From Candidatus Dadabacteria bacterium (lineage in GTDB: Bacteria > Desulfobacterota_D > UBA1144 > Nemesobacterales > Nemesobacteraceae): 64,000 nucleotides of DNA. The DNA lies in NCBI GenBank assembly GCA_022827275.1, contig JAJDTG010000010.1, positions 155,641 through 219,640 on the forward strand. Direction: 5' to 3'. Below the pieces are notes generated by a model. The model was not told where the DNA came from. It did no database searches and saw only the letters and a list, made by a program, of their open reading frames with translations. The position numbers and the translations under genes are program-made. Of this stretch, positions 18,346 to 28,317 are shown in pieces. How positions within the stretch are numbered: the stretch's first letter is position 1; every line of letters starts with the position of its first letter.

Positions 18346-19096
18346 GGTTTTCTAATTTTTCCCTGAGCTCTTCGATGTACTCGTAATCCGTCATATCGAG
18401 CTTTATCGGGGTTATCGAGACGTAGCCTTCAAGAACGGACACTATGTCTGAGTTCTCAATTCTCAGGGAATCAAGCTCATTTCCGCCTATCCAGTAATAC
18501 TTCTTCCCCCTGGGATCCGTATTCTCCACTATTGGAGCCTCGTAAACCCTTTTGCCCTGGCGCGTAATCCGTATTCCCTTTATTTCCTCGAGGGGAAGAT
18601 TAGGCACGTTCACATTCAGCAGTGTGTTTTCGGGAAGACCGGCTTTAAGAACGAATTCTGCGGCCACTCTTGAATAGTGGGCTGCGGTTTGGAACAGAAA
18701 GTCTTTTTTCGCCGCGAGCGATACCGCTATGGCGGGGATTTTCATAAGGGTCGCCTCTATCGCGGCGCTTACGGTTCCCGAATACGTTATGTCATCTCCC
18801 AGGTTGGCGGCCATGTTTATTCCGGAGACCACGAGATCGGGTTTCCTGTCTCCCAGAATTCCGTTCACGGCGAGATTCACGCAGTCTGTTGGAGTTCCGT
18901 CCACGGAGAATACTCTCTCTGAAATTTCTTCGATCCTAAGAGGTCTCATGAGGTTAAGCGAGTGGCTCGAGGCGCTCTGATCGCGGTCAGGGGCCACGGT
19001 GTAGACCTCACCCAGGTGAGAGAGGGCCGCTCCAAGCGCTTTTAGGCCTTCTGAGTTCACTCCGTCATCATTTGAGAGCAGTATTTTAGTTTTCAT
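18338..19096 (-). CDS. surE: 5'/3'-nucleotidase SurE
   Basis: MKTKILLSNDDGVNSEGLKAL...YTVAPDRDQSASSHSL are SurE signatures. Confidence 0.85.
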   Translation of the reverse strand: MKTKILLSNDDGVNSEGLKALGAALSHLGEVYTVAPDRDQSASSHSLNLMRPLRIEEISERVFSVDGTPTDCVNLAVNGILGDRKPDLVVSGINMAANLGDDITYSGTVSAAIEATLMKIPAIAVSLAAKKDFLFQTAAHYSRVAAEFVLKAGLPENTLLNVNVPNLPLEEIKGIRITRQGKRVYEAPIVENTDPRGKKYYWIGGNELDSLRIENSDIVSVLEGYVSITPIKLDMTDYEYIEELREKLENHA

Positions 19097-19105
19097 GTCT
19101 GGGAA

Positions 19106-19182
19106 TGGTCGGGGTGACCGGATTCGAACCGGTGACCCCCGGCTCCCGAAGCCGGTGCGCTACCAAGCTGCGCTACACCCCG
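19106..19182 (-). tRNA. tRNA-Pro (anticodon CGG)
   Basis: The minus-strand sequence is CGGGGTGTAGCGCAGCTTGGTAGCGCACCGGCTTCGGGAGCCGGGGGTCACCGGTTCGAATCCGGTCACCCCGACCA. It folds as a 7-bp acceptor stem, D arm, anticodon loop TTCGGGA and a TTCGAAT T-loop, with an encoded CCA. Confidence 0.85.
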
Positions 19183-19304
19183 AACAAAAAGTTCCGGCTA
19201 GATTTTAACCCATCAGGGATTTCTCGCAACAGCCAATCCCGGCAGACGGGGAAAGCTGTATAGGCAACTGAATTTGGCTTGGAAACTGACTTGCGGGTTT
19301 GATT

Positions 19305-19380
19305 TGGTCGGGGTGACCGGACTTGAACCGGTGACCCCCGGTCCCCCAGACCGGTGCGCTACCAACTGCGCCACACCCCG
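19305..19380 (-). tRNA. tRNA-Pro (anticodon GGG)
   Basis: The minus-strand sequence is CGGGGTGTGGCGCAGTTGGTAGCGCACCGGTCTGGGGGACCGGGGGTCACCGGTTCAAGTCCGGTCACCCCGACCA. The anticodon loop is CTGGGGG. Confidence 0.85.
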
Positions 19381-19429
19381 TATTGAACAGAAACCGGATC
19401 AGAGGCGAACAGGACGCGAAGTGGCCCGT

Positions 19430-19780
19430 TCAGAGATCCTGTCTCAGGGATTTTAACTCATCTAGAATTTCGCGCAACAGCATTTTGTCTGAATAGAGGG
19501 GGGAGATATTTCCGCTTCCGCTTTTCTCATCCCTGAGTCTTTTCTGAACTCCCGCTATGGTGAACTTCTGATCGTGGAGCAGGTGCTTTATCTTGTGGAA
19601 GAGATAAATCGTGTCCTTGTCGTAAAGTCTCTGGGACTTCCTCCTGATAGGCCTTACCTCTTTGAACTCGGTTTCCCAGTATCTGAGAACATAAGGCTTT
19701 ACTCCTATGATCTCACTTACTTCTCCTATCTTGAAATAAAGCTTGTCCGGCAGAGACAGATCTGAAAGCATTCCAGACAT
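19430..19780 (-). CDS. MerR-family HTH transcriptional regulator
   Basis: YFKIGEVSEIIGVKPYVLRYWETEF is the MerR-type HTH signature. The protein is short (about 116 aa) with a C-terminal coiled coil. Confidence 0.65.
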   Translation of the reverse strand: MSGMLSDLSLPDKLYFKIGEVSEIIGVKPYVLRYWETEFKEVRPIRRKSQRLYDKDTIYLFHKIKHLLHDQKFTIAGVQKRLRDEKSGSGNISPLYSDKMLLREILDELKSLRQDL

Positions 19781-19836
19781 ACTTATATTATCATTTCAAT
19801 AGCGGGAAAAAGTCAAGATATAATTATGTCAATCAG

Positions 19837-20439
19837 TTATAGGACACCTTTAAAGGATTTTCTATGTATAGGGCAGGGCCCCAGATTTCTCAGGGCACCG
19901 AGGTGCTCTTTTGTGGGATAACCCTTGTGGCGGGAAAAACCGTATCCGGGATATTCCATTTCAATCTCGGTCATGATGCGGTCCCTTGTCACCTTCGCGA
20001 CAATTGAAGCGGCAGCTATTGACGCGCACTTTGAGTCACCTTTTATTATCGCCTTTTGCTCGATAGGGAGAGAAGTCTTTGAGTTGCCGTCTATGAGAAG
20101 GCAGTCCGGTTCTTTCCCCAGGGACAGGACGGCTTTTTCCATTGCCAAAAGCGCCGCCTGCAGGATGTTTATGCGGTCAATCTCCGCGGCCCCGGTTATC
20201 CCGATCGAGTAAGCGAGAGCCTTTTCCCGGATTTGCTCGAAAAGCTCATTGCGCCTTTTCTCGGAAAGAGTCTTGGAGTCTCTGAGTCCGTGAATAGGGC
20301 GGTTTTCATCAAGTATGACGGCGCCTGCCACGACCGGCCCGGCCAGACATCCTCTTCCGGCTTCGTCGACGCCGGCAACGATCCTCCCGGATCCTGAAAT
20401 TCTATTTTCGGTGTGCAAAAGGCAGTCGGATTCAGACAA
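19837..20439 (-). CDS. rnhB: Ribonuclease HII
   Basis: IVAGVDEAGRGCLAGPVVAGAVIL...DSKTLSEKRR matches the RNase HII active-site region. Confidence 0.85.
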   Translation of the reverse strand: MSESDCLLHTENRISGSGRIVAGVDEAGRGCLAGPVVAGAVILDENRPIHGLRDSKTLSEKRRNELFEQIREKALAYSIGITGAAEIDRINILQAALLAMEKAVLSLGKEPDCLLIDGNSKTSLPIEQKAIIKGDSKCASIAAASIVAKVTRDRIMTEIEMEYPGYGFSRHKGYPTKEHLGALRNLGPCPIHRKSFKGVL

Positions 20440-20447
20440 TTTCCGTG

Positions 20448-21323
20448 TTACGTGAGCCCATAGCTCTCAAGTTCCCTCTTCAGTCTCTTGAGGTTCTCTC
20501 CCGAAAGCTCATAAAGCGGGGCTCTTACCTCGGGGCTTATTTTCCCCATCACGGCCAAAGCGGCCTTTACAGGTATCGGGTTTGATTCCACGAAGAGAAC
20601 TCTGCTAAGCGGGAGAAGGCGGTAGTGAAGCTCTTTAGCCCTCTCAAGTTCTCCTCTTGCAAAGGAGTTGTACATTTCCGATACGTCTTGGGGAGCTATG
20701 TTCGCCGTCACGCTTATGAAACCCTTGCCTCCGACTGCTAAAAGGGGATAGTTAACCGCGTCGTCCCCAGAGAGAAGGACCAGGTCCTCTCCGCAGAGAA
20801 AAACAATTCTGCTTGCCTGCTCAAGCGAGCCTGAGGCTTCCTTGATGCCGATTATGCTCTCGCAGTCGCAAAAAAGTCTCTCCACGGTTTCCGGCTCTAC
20901 GTTTACGACCGTGCGCCCGGGCACGTTGTAGAGTATCAGCGGGAGAGATGTCTTGTCTGCAATTGTGCGGAAATGCCGGTAGATTCCCTCTTGGGTTGGC
21001 TTGTTGTAGTAAGGAGTTACCACAAGGGCTGCGTCCGCGCCGGCCTGCTCCGCGAATTTCGTTAGGCGCAGGGCTTCCTCAGTGCTGTTTGATCCTGTGC
21101 CTGCAACCACTGGGATCCTTCCCCTTACCGTCTCCACTGTGAATTTTATTACTTCTTCGTGCTCAGCGTGAGAGAGAGTGGGGGATTCTCCCGTGGTCCC
21201 GACCGGAACTATACCGTGGGTTCCGCTCTCTATGTGGAACTCTATTAACTCTTCTAGCCGTCCGTAGTCAACGGCGCCGTCACTAAACGGCGTTACTATT
21301 GCTACTATAGAACCGTGTATCAA
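20448..21323 (-). CDS. dapA: 4-hydroxy-tetrahydrodipicolinate synthase
   Basis: GSIVAIVTPFSDGAVDYGRLEELIEFHIESGTHGIVPVGTTGESPTLS is the DapA signature. 291 aa. Confidence 0.9.
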   Translation of the reverse strand: MIHGSIVAIVTPFSDGAVDYGRLEELIEFHIESGTHGIVPVGTTGESPTLSHAEHEEVIKFTVETVRGRIPVVAGTGSNSTEEALRLTKFAEQAGADAALVVTPYYNKPTQEGIYRHFRTIADKTSLPLILYNVPGRTVVNVEPETVERLFCDCESIIGIKEASGSLEQASRIVFLCGEDLVLLSGDDAVNYPLLAVGGKGFISVTANIAPQDVSEMYNSFARGELERAKELHYRLLPLSRVLFVESNPIPVKAALAVMGKISPEVRAPLYELSGENLKRLKRELESYGLT

Positions 21324-21347
21324 TTTTTTCTCCGTCCCAAGAGGCTG

Positions 21348-21875
21348 CTATACCCTAACTTTTTTACCGCAGGAAGAACAGAAAACGCTTGCGGCCGGAA
21401 TCCTTGCTCCGCAGTGCATGCAGAAAAAAGTCTCTCCCGCCTCGGTGGAGAGTTCGATGGCCTGGGCCATCACCTCTTCGAATTTCCCCGAGAGATCCTC
21501 AAACTCTTTTCTGTACTGCTGGTGAAACATTATCACGTCTTCCGCGTCAACTGTTTTTATTTCAAGCTTGAGTCCTTTGCTTCTGGTGGAACCGAACTTG
21601 TGATTCGTTATGGTGTTAAGCTCTATGTCCCTGAGAACGTTTGCTTTGGAGCTGTTTTTAAGTATCAGCACCCTTTTTTTCGTAAGCATCAGGATGCTTC
21701 TGAAAAAAGTGTTTCTGTCTACCCACGCCCTCGGCTTGTAAGTGCAGCTGAGGGTCTGAACCGTGAGCAGCACGGAATCGTCTTCCCCGAGCAGCTCCTT
21801 CAGTTCATGGGAGTCGATCTTCGTCGGCGCGAGAAAAAAATCCGAAAGCTTTTTCAAAACACCTGTTTCAGACAT
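21348..21875 (-). CDS. Hypothetical protein with a PH-like domain and a C-terminal zinc ribbon
   Basis: 175 aa. The C-terminus reads CMHCGARIPAASVFCSSCGKK (CxxC-x10-CxxC). The N-terminal region resembles bacterial PH/GRAM-like domains. Confidence 0.35.
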   Translation of the reverse strand: MSETGVLKKLSDFFLAPTKIDSHELKELLGEDDSVLLTVQTLSCTYKPRAWVDRNTFFRSILMLTKKRVLILKNSSKANVLRDIELNTITNHKFGSTRSKGLKLEIKTVDAEDVIMFHQQYRKEFEDLSGKFEEVMAQAIELSTEAGETFFCMHCGARIPAASVFCSSCGKKVRV

Positions 21876-22899
21876 GGTTTCTAACCAGAAGCTCCGCTAT
21901 CTGCACTGCGTTAAGAGCTGCACCTTTCCTTAACTGGTCTCCGCTCACCCACAGGGAAAGACCGTTTTCGACCGTGTAGTCCTCCCTGATTCTTCCGACA
22001 AAGCAGTCGTCTCTCCCGGAACTTTCAACCGGCATCGGGTAGTCGGAATTCTCCGGGTCATCAACGAGAGATACCCCGGGAAAATTCCTGATGGCTTCCC
22101 TTGCCTCCTCGACTGTCACTTTTCTTTCCGTCTCCAGATTAAGTGAAACCGAGTGAGAGCGGAAAACCGGAACCCTCACGGTTGTTGCCGTGAGGACCAT
22201 GGAATCATCCCCCAGTATCTTGCGCGTTTCGTTGTGAAGCTTCATTTCTTCCTTCGTGTAGCCGCTCTCCGTAAAAGAGTCTATGTGCGGGATCACGTTA
22301 AAGGCTATCTGGTGGGGAAACGTGTTTGTTTCCCTTGGAGGCTCTCCGCTCTCAGACCAGCTTCGCACCTGGCTTTCAAGCTCAGCTATCCCACCGGCTC
22401 CCGCTCCCGAGACCGCCTGAAAACTCGTCGCCACCACCCTTTTTATCCTTGATACGTCATGAATGGGCTTAAGCGCCATAATGGCTACCGCAGTCGTGCA
22501 GTTGGGGTTGGCAACTATTCCTTTTTTCTCGTGAAGCGTGGCCGCCTGGGCGTTTATCTCGGGTACTACCAGGGGAATTTCGGGGTCCATCCGGAACGCC
22601 GAGCTGTTGTCGATAACCACCGCCCCGCTTGCGACGGCGCAGTCCGCGTATTTTCTGCTTCTCTCGGAGCCGGCGGAAAAAAGAGCTATGTCTATACCAT
22701 GAAAAGAGTCCTCGCCCAGCACCGAAACGGCTATCTCCCTTCCGCAGAAGCTGTATTTTCTCCCTCGGGAGCGCTCAGAAGCGAGAAGGCGCAGTTCTCC
22801 CACGGGGAAATTTCTTTCCTCGAGTATCTGCATCATCTCCTGTCCCACGGCGCCCGTGGCTCCCGCTATCGCCACGTTGTATTTTTCCTTTCTTTCCAT
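21868..22899 (-). CDS. asd: Aspartate-semialdehyde dehydrogenase
   Basis: The N-terminus carries a Rossmann motif (NVAIAGATGAVGQEM). It reads …FSAGSERSRKYADCAVASGAVVIDNSSAFRMDPEIPLVVPEIN, and the active-site Cys region is present (IVANPNCTT). Confidence 0.9.
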   Translation of the reverse strand: MERKEKYNVAIAGATGAVGQEMMQILEERNFPVGELRLLASERSRGRKYSFCGREIAVSVLGEDSFHGIDIALFSAGSERSRKYADCAVASGAVVIDNSSAFRMDPEIPLVVPEINAQAATLHEKKGIVANPNCTTAVAIMALKPIHDVSRIKRVVATSFQAVSGAGAGGIAELESQVRSWSESGEPPRETNTFPHQIAFNVIPHIDSFTESGYTKEEMKLHNETRKILGDDSMVLTATTVRVPVFRSHSVSLNLETERKVTVEEAREAIRNFPGVSLVDDPENSDYPMPVESSGRDDCFVGRIREDYTVENGLSLWVSGDQLRKGAALNAVQIAELLVRNHV

Positions 22900-22906
22900 T
22901 TTCCTG

Positions 22907-23359
22907 TCAGTTCGCCCGGGTACGGTACTTCGATTCGATTCCGGCCACTTTCTCTATGTTTTCCTTCTCAGAGGGGTCCGCTTCGCTCTGGAACCAAGCG
23001 TCAAGGATTTCCTTGGCTACGTCGGGGGATATCAGACGCAGGCTCATGGCGAGTATGTTCGCGTCGTTCCACATGCGTGCCCCCGCGGCCGTTTTTGAGT
23101 CCGTGCACAGGGCGGCCCGTATTCCGGGGACCTTGTTCGCGGCAATGCTTACCCCGGTCCCCGTCGAGCAGAACAGTATTCCCTGATCGCACTCTTTTTC
23201 AGAAACCCTCTCGGCCACCTGCTCGGCGACTTCGGCCCACTCGACGTTTTCGTCCGCAAGAGGCCCGAAGAGCTCAATTTCCATCTCTCTTTTGCGAAGC
23301 TCCTCTATTACCTCGTCGGTAAGAGCGTTTTTTTCATCACTTCCAACAGCGATTTTCAT
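22907..23359 (-). CDS. rpiB: Ribose-5-phosphate isomerase B (RpiB/LacAB family)
   Basis: MKIAVGSDE...ILFCSTGTGVSIAANKVPGIRAALC matches RpiB. Confidence 0.85.
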   Translation of the reverse strand: MKIAVGSDEKNALTDEVIEELRKREMEIELFGPLADENVEWAEVAEQVAERVSEKECDQGILFCSTGTGVSIAANKVPGIRAALCTDSKTAAGARMWNDANILAMSLRLISPDVAKEILDAWFQSEADPSEKENIEKVAGIESKYRTRAN

Positions 23360-23517
23360 CTTCAGGGTCTCCTTATTCCGAAATTAATTTATACCACAAC
23401 CCCCGTTTCGGACATTTAGATGCATTTCCTTTGAATACAACCATTCTAGTTGCTCAAGCTGAGATTTTAGCCCCGAAAACAAGAATAACAAGCCCCCCTC
23501 AATAGGCTTTCTCACTT

Positions 23518-23889
23518 CTAATATTCTCCTGTCAAAGCATCCCACTCAAAAGAGGTGAGAAAACGCTTATCAACAACAGCTATGCCGTTTATCTTACAAT
23601 CGGAATCAAATACGTATGCAATATTAAACAACGTAGGCTGTTTCTTGCCTTTTTTCTTGGCAACAGCGATTCGGATTATTCCCCCTTTTAAATTTTCATC
23701 AGACAACGGATCATTCCGAATCATTTTTAACCGTTCCCATCCTCCTTCCTCTTTTAAATGTTGAATGACCGCCGCCTCGGCAGTTTCAAGATCTTTTATC
23801 CCTTGACAGTGTTTTTGAACTGCCAAAGCGAAGATAGTACCTTCGCAAAGAAGAAATCCTGTCACGATCAATAGAATTAACCTTTTCAT
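23518..23889 (-). CDS. Small secreted hypothetical protein (signal peptide), inside the low-GC island
   Basis: 123 aa with an N-terminal signal peptide (MKRLILLIVTGFLLCEGTIFALA). I recognised no family. The local sequence is AT-rich. Confidence 0.35.
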   Translation of the reverse strand: MKRLILLIVTGFLLCEGTIFALAVQKHCQGIKDLETAEAAVIQHLKEEGGWERLKMIRNDPLSDENLKGGIIRIAVAKKKGKKQPTLFNIAYVFDSDCKINGIAVVDKRFLTSFEWDALTGEY

Positions 23890-24159
23890 GTTCGATACCT
23901 TCTCTCTTCCTATGCAGAGATTAGGTTGTAGAAACTAGTCCTGCCAAGATAAGGCAAAACCGTTCCTGTAATAATTCATTTTTCTATCTGTTTAAGAAGC
24001 AAACTCAAGCTCTAGCTCCCTTTAAAAAGAGTTTGGATTCTGAAGGTCTCGAATCGAAAATCATATCAACCTCATTTCCATATAAATCTATACCATTAAT
24101 ACGGCGGGAACACACTTAAAGAAAACGAAAAACTGTCTTAATGTAGTGGTACACTTCTT

Positions 24160-27100
24160 TCAGGATTTTGCAACATCAATTACACAGACTGATATCTTGC
24201 GTTGCTCGTCGGTCGTGAGGCTGTTAATTAATCGTTCTTTAAGCTCCATGGCACTTTGCGGACGTGTTCCCGATCCTGGGGGCCGACATGACTCTTTGCC
24301 AAACCAGAATACTAAATAGATGCCATAGCCATCTGTCTCTGGGTCACGGGTATATTTCGCAATCAGTTGGCTTTTTATTGCACTCCATAAATCTTGATTA
24401 TTGCTTCTTTTTATCTCGATTGGAATATTACACATAGCCTTGTATGCGATACGAATATCTGACCTCTTGTCATCTGCATAACGGCCTTCCGGTTGTGGAT
24501 CAATTCCTAATGGGTTGAGTTTTATTCTTAGGTCCGAAAGCAATATATCTCGACAGAAGTTTTCAATGCGGGGTTTTGCGGGCTTGTTTTCTGTATCCAT
24601 ATCCCAATATTGACGCCAGTCAGATGTGTTGCCATCACGGATGTTCTTAGCAAGGTCAGTCAAAATATCTATTGTCAGTGCTGACAGGTCCGCCGCATTT
24701 GCGGGGTTCTTGTTGTCTAGAGTTTCAAGTACCTGGTTGACGCTGAAATGGCTGAAACTGGCTTCGCGACGAGCTGACTTCTGTGTGCGAAGAGCCTCCG
24801 TGAGGTATTGTTTCCATGAGAGTAACTCGTCATCTGATGAGAGTCTTTCAAGTGCTTCAGTAGCGCTTGGCGATTGAATCGATGTCAGTTGCTGAATTAA
24901 TCTATGAACAAGATTTGCCGCTTCGGTCGATGGACTGACCCAACCGCTTTCCTCTGGGTCTGATAGCTTTGGTTTGTCAGAAGCTTCAATCAGTCTATAT
25001 TTGAACAGAAGTCCAAGCGCATCCTCGGGTGACAGCCAAGTGAAGGGTGATGAATGTCCGATTGTCCGAATCAGAAATTCCAGTGCCGGGACATCTAGGC
25101 GTTTGATCAGTTTATCCGGGAATTCTTTGATGCATTCCAGTAGATTTTTAACTCTAAGCTCTCGACCGGTTAGACATGTCTCTAATTTTTCAATAAAACT
25201 TGAAGGCGAAACGATAAGTCCGGCTGTAAGCCAGTAGACACGTTGGGCTATATCCATGCTAGAATAGGAGAGCTTTCTTTTGACTAATTTTAGGAAGGGT
25301 TCTTCATCGCAGTGAAGAAGTGCCGCTCTGAGCAGATAATTCAATCCCGACAGTTGCTGCTTAACGCATCGTACAGAAAATTTCTTCAGAAGTTGTAAAG
25401 TGGCAAGGTTCGCCGCTTTTGCGTAATCATCTCGGAACGCCAGTCTGTACAGATTTGAGAGAGTCTCTTTGCTTTTACGCATTCTAGATAGAGCACATGA
25501 GGTTAAAACATCTGAAACTATATCTGGATTGGACACAAGCAATTTCTGGTACCAAAGAGGATGGGAATTTAAGAAACTTGTCGGCAGTGGTGCGTTGTAA
25601 TAAAAAGCAATGGCTTGGCGCAACTGCTTTTCTTTAATGGGTATTTCTTCAAACTCAGGGTTGTTTCTGAATATCTCTTCCATGCCGGCTAAAAAGGGGA
25701 GTGCTAGATAATGTGCTTCATTGTTCTCTCTTAGCTGTATGATTTCAGCTTCATCCGGTATGTCGGAGCGAATAAGCGATTCCTGAAAAGCCTTGAGAAC
25801 TGTTTCTACTAGGTATTCATTGCCACCGAGAAAGTCGTGCAAGTGGTCTGCGGGGTTACCACTTGGAAAGTTTGCGTTTTCCCCGAAAAACACTCTGGCT
25901 AAGTTGTGGAGCAAACGCGGCGAGCATCGGTTTTCACTTAGTACTTCTTTGTGTGATTTCAGATAGTTGATCCGTTTAAGTAGTTCCTGTTGCTCTCTTG
26001 CTTTTTGTTCCTCGGTAAAATTTTCTTGCTGCCTTGATATATTACGGTAATTAGATTGCGATGCTAAGAGTAGCTGTTTAAGGTCGGGTTTGTCAGCAAG
26101 GGCTTCCTCAATAACTTCTTCAGAAAGCCCCTTATTGAAAATGTTGTTTTCTATAGTGTGAGCCGCCGTGTGCAGGAAAAATTTTTTGAAATTTTCGTCA
26201 GTTGAAGCTATTGCGTGCTTAAGGCACCAAAGTCCGAAGTCTTGTGGAGGAATACATTCGAGACCACGGTCTCTGAAAAGTCTCCGGTCGATTTCATGAG
26301 GTTTTACATCGTCGCATTTCATCCATTCTTCAAACACCGCCTTCTGCATTTCTGGATGATCGTTCAACCATGAACGAATTTCCATCTTGTGGCTACCCCA
26401 GTCCACAATCTGACAGTCCGATACGATCCAGAGCCAGATTGAGAAACGGTCCAGAGGAACTTGGTCCTCCGCCATAGCAAGGAATCTAGCTAACCAGGCT
26501 GGAAACACCGTGGAAAAGAAGCTGAATTGCTTTTTTTCGGTTTCGTATTCAGCGAAAAAACTGTCAGAACGTCCGTAAAGCCCGTCAAGCAACTCAGCAA
26601 GTTGAGTGGTTGTTGTTTGTTGTAATATATCTCTAAGCCAGAAGAACCTGTAACTTCCGCTAAGATTCGGGGCTTTTGGTTCTCTGAAATATTTCCAGAT
26701 ATCCGAAGAAGAAAGAATGTCTGGATAAAGCTCTTTAAGGAGAATTCCCAGCAGCTGATCATCTGGGTCTGATATCGACTCCGCATTCACGTCCTCTAAC
26801 AGATTTGTCATTTGAGTTAGGGAATGGTTGCCATTTTTTCCTTGTTGGATAAACGCACGGAGGGCGTTATCTCTGACATTCGGTGGCCAACTGTCATCTC
26901 TAACAATTTCCAGCAGAGCATCTCCAAGTTCAGGTATGGATGATCCGTGTTGAAGAGTTTCTAGCAGTAACCTGACAAGTGATTGTTGCGTATGGTTTCT
27001 TTCCGGATCAGTTAGAACGTTTTGAAAAAATTCCCGCACATCCGGCGTAGCCAGATATTCCAAGTGAGAATCATGTCCGATTAGCTGTGTATACCATGGA

Positions 27101-28317
27101 TTTTTCTTCGTTTCATCGGCTATATGGTTCAAAATTTGGTGCTTCTCATCAATGGAGAATCCCCAAACGTCACCATAGAGAATTGTTCCAAGTGGGTCAC
27201 GCTCGATAATCTCTCTTCTGCTTTGCGGACTGTGTGCCGCAAGCCAGGCAGAAAGACCGCGCAACTCAGACACAATTCCACCATCATATCCCGTCATCAA
27301 GGCGAGTACTCGTCTGACAGGAAGTCCCTCTTGTATTAGTTTTGCAAGATATTGTCCGCCTAGAAATTCGGCAACTTGTCTGTGGATTGGACTTACATGG
27401 GTTTCAGTGGGAGATTCAAAGGGAGATTCAAATAGCTTGGTGCTAAGCACATGGTGAAAAACTTCTTGGTCTTCGGTGTGTATTCTTTTCAGATGTATGT
27501 ATTCATGGCTTGTCTCGTTATGCGTGAGAGTGTATCCGGCATGACCGGTAAGAAGTTGTATTGCGCAAAGCCTTCCGGCTTCATTAAGCAAGCTGCGAAT
27601 ATCGCTAGAATAACGTTTAACTAATTCATGCCCTTGATTGTGTTCTTCAAGTAATTTACGGCAGGCGAGACCGAACGTTTCCATTCGGGTTTCCGGCCAA
27701 TTCCCGTCAGCAACTGCTGACGCCAGCATCTTGAGATTCTGGGGATTTACGAGCAAGATGCCGATTCCTTTTTCCTCAGCTGAAGCAACAAATAGTTCTG
27801 GATTATTAACGCCGTGGTTGCAACACAGAATTTTAAGGATGTCCTCGCGGGATAATGGGTCAAGGCGTAAAACCTTGAGCTTTCCGTCTGGTGACACATC
27901 TTTCAAATGATTTCTGTCGTTAGCTCCGAACCAGTCGGCTTCACGACAGGATAGACGGAAACGAGGACACCCTAAATCCTGAAGTTTTGCCCGAATTTGG
28001 TCAAAGGGTGTGCGCTGGTCGGACACTCCTGCACGCATTTCGTCGAGACCGTCAATAAACAATGTTGTTCCATGCCATTCAGGGCGATTTTCAAACGTGA
28101 TGAAGTTACGTGCAGTGACATAATGGCCTTCTTCTTGGGCTGCTTCTCTTTTAAATGCTTCCGTTTTTCCGGCACCTGGGGGACCGAGCAGCACGTAGCA
28201 ACTGTTGCCCCTGAATTCTTCCAACGGCATTGAAGAGGATCTATCGTCATGACTGCCGGTTTCAGGGATCTCGGTACATGTGCGGGGAGCAAAGTAATTC
28301 ATGATTTCTCGAACCAA
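24160..28317 (-). CDS. Large (1385 aa) STAND-type P-loop NTPase with NACHT-like motifs, a long alpha-helical repeat region and a C-terminal PD-(D/E)xK-like motif
   Basis: Walker A is LLGPPGAGKTE (about aa 40-50). A NACHT-like Walker B FIDGLDE follows, then RFRLSCRE, which is sensor-1-like (hhhhTSR). About 850 aa of helical repeats come next. The C-terminus reads ENFCRD…ADDKRSDIRIAYKAMCNIPIEIKRS (an E…D…ExK arrangement). Local GC is about 47%, against roughly 58-60% in the flanks. The start overlaps the upstream ATPase gene by 19 nt. Confidence 0.55.
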   Translation of the reverse strand: MVREIMNYFAPRTCTEIPETGSHDDRSSSMPLEEFRGNSCYVLLGPPGAGKTEAFKREAAQEEGHYVTARNFITFENRPEWHGTTLFIDGLDEMRAGVSDQRTPFDQIRAKLQDLGCPRFRLSCREADWFGANDRNHLKDVSPDGKLKVLRLDPLSREDILKILCCNHGVNNPELFVASAEEKGIGILLVNPQNLKMLASAVADGNWPETRMETFGLACRKLLEEHNQGHELVKRYSSDIRSLLNEAGRLCAIQLLTGHAGYTLTHNETSHEYIHLKRIHTEDQEVFHHVLSTKLFESPFESPTETHVSPIHRQVAEFLGGQYLAKLIQEGLPVRRVLALMTGYDGGIVSELRGLSAWLAAHSPQSRREIIERDPLGTILYGDVWGFSIDEKHQILNHIADETKKNPWYTQLIGHDSHLEYLATPDVREFFQNVLTDPERNHTQQSLVRLLLETLQHGSSIPELGDALLEIVRDDSWPPNVRDNALRAFIQQGKNGNHSLTQMTNLLEDVNAESISDPDDQLLGILLKELYPDILSSSDIWKYFREPKAPNLSGSYRFFWLRDILQQTTTTQLAELLDGLYGRSDSFFAEYETEKKQFSFFSTVFPAWLARFLAMAEDQVPLDRFSIWLWIVSDCQIVDWGSHKMEIRSWLNDHPEMQKAVFEEWMKCDDVKPHEIDRRLFRDRGLECIPPQDFGLWCLKHAIASTDENFKKFFLHTAAHTIENNIFNKGLSEEVIEEALADKPDLKQLLLASQSNYRNISRQQENFTEEQKAREQQELLKRINYLKSHKEVLSENRCSPRLLHNLARVFFGENANFPSGNPADHLHDFLGGNEYLVETVLKAFQESLIRSDIPDEAEIIQLRENNEAHYLALPFLAGMEEIFRNNPEFEEIPIKEKQLRQAIAFYYNAPLPTSFLNSHPLWYQKLLVSNPDIVSDVLTSCALSRMRKSKETLSNLYRLAFRDDYAKAANLATLQLLKKFSVRCVKQQLSGLNYLLRAALLHCDEEPFLKLVKRKLSYSSMDIAQRVYWLTAGLIVSPSSFIEKLETCLTGRELRVKNLLECIKEFPDKLIKRLDVPALEFLIRTIGHSSPFTWLSPEDALGLLFKYRLIEASDKPKLSDPEESGWVSPSTEAANLVHRLIQQLTSIQSPSATEALERLSSDDELLSWKQYLTEALRTQKSARREASFSHFSVNQVLETLDNKNPANAADLSALTIDILTDLAKNIRDGNTSDWRQYWDMDTENKPAKPRIENFCRDILLSDLRIKLNPLGIDPQPEGRYADDKRSDIRIAYKAMCNIPIEIKRSNNQDLWSAIKSQLIAKYTRDPETDGYGIYLVFWFGKESCRPPGSGTRPQSAMELKERLINSLTTDEQRKISVCVIDVAKS

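Noticed and set aside
22153-23322. Arg/Pro/Ser-rich + strand ORFs 22153..22452, 22459..23322, 22629..23186 and 22856..23098
   Set aside because: They are antisense to the well-supported asd and rpiB genes. Their low-complexity Arg/Pro-rich composition is the typical artefact of high-GC antisense frames.
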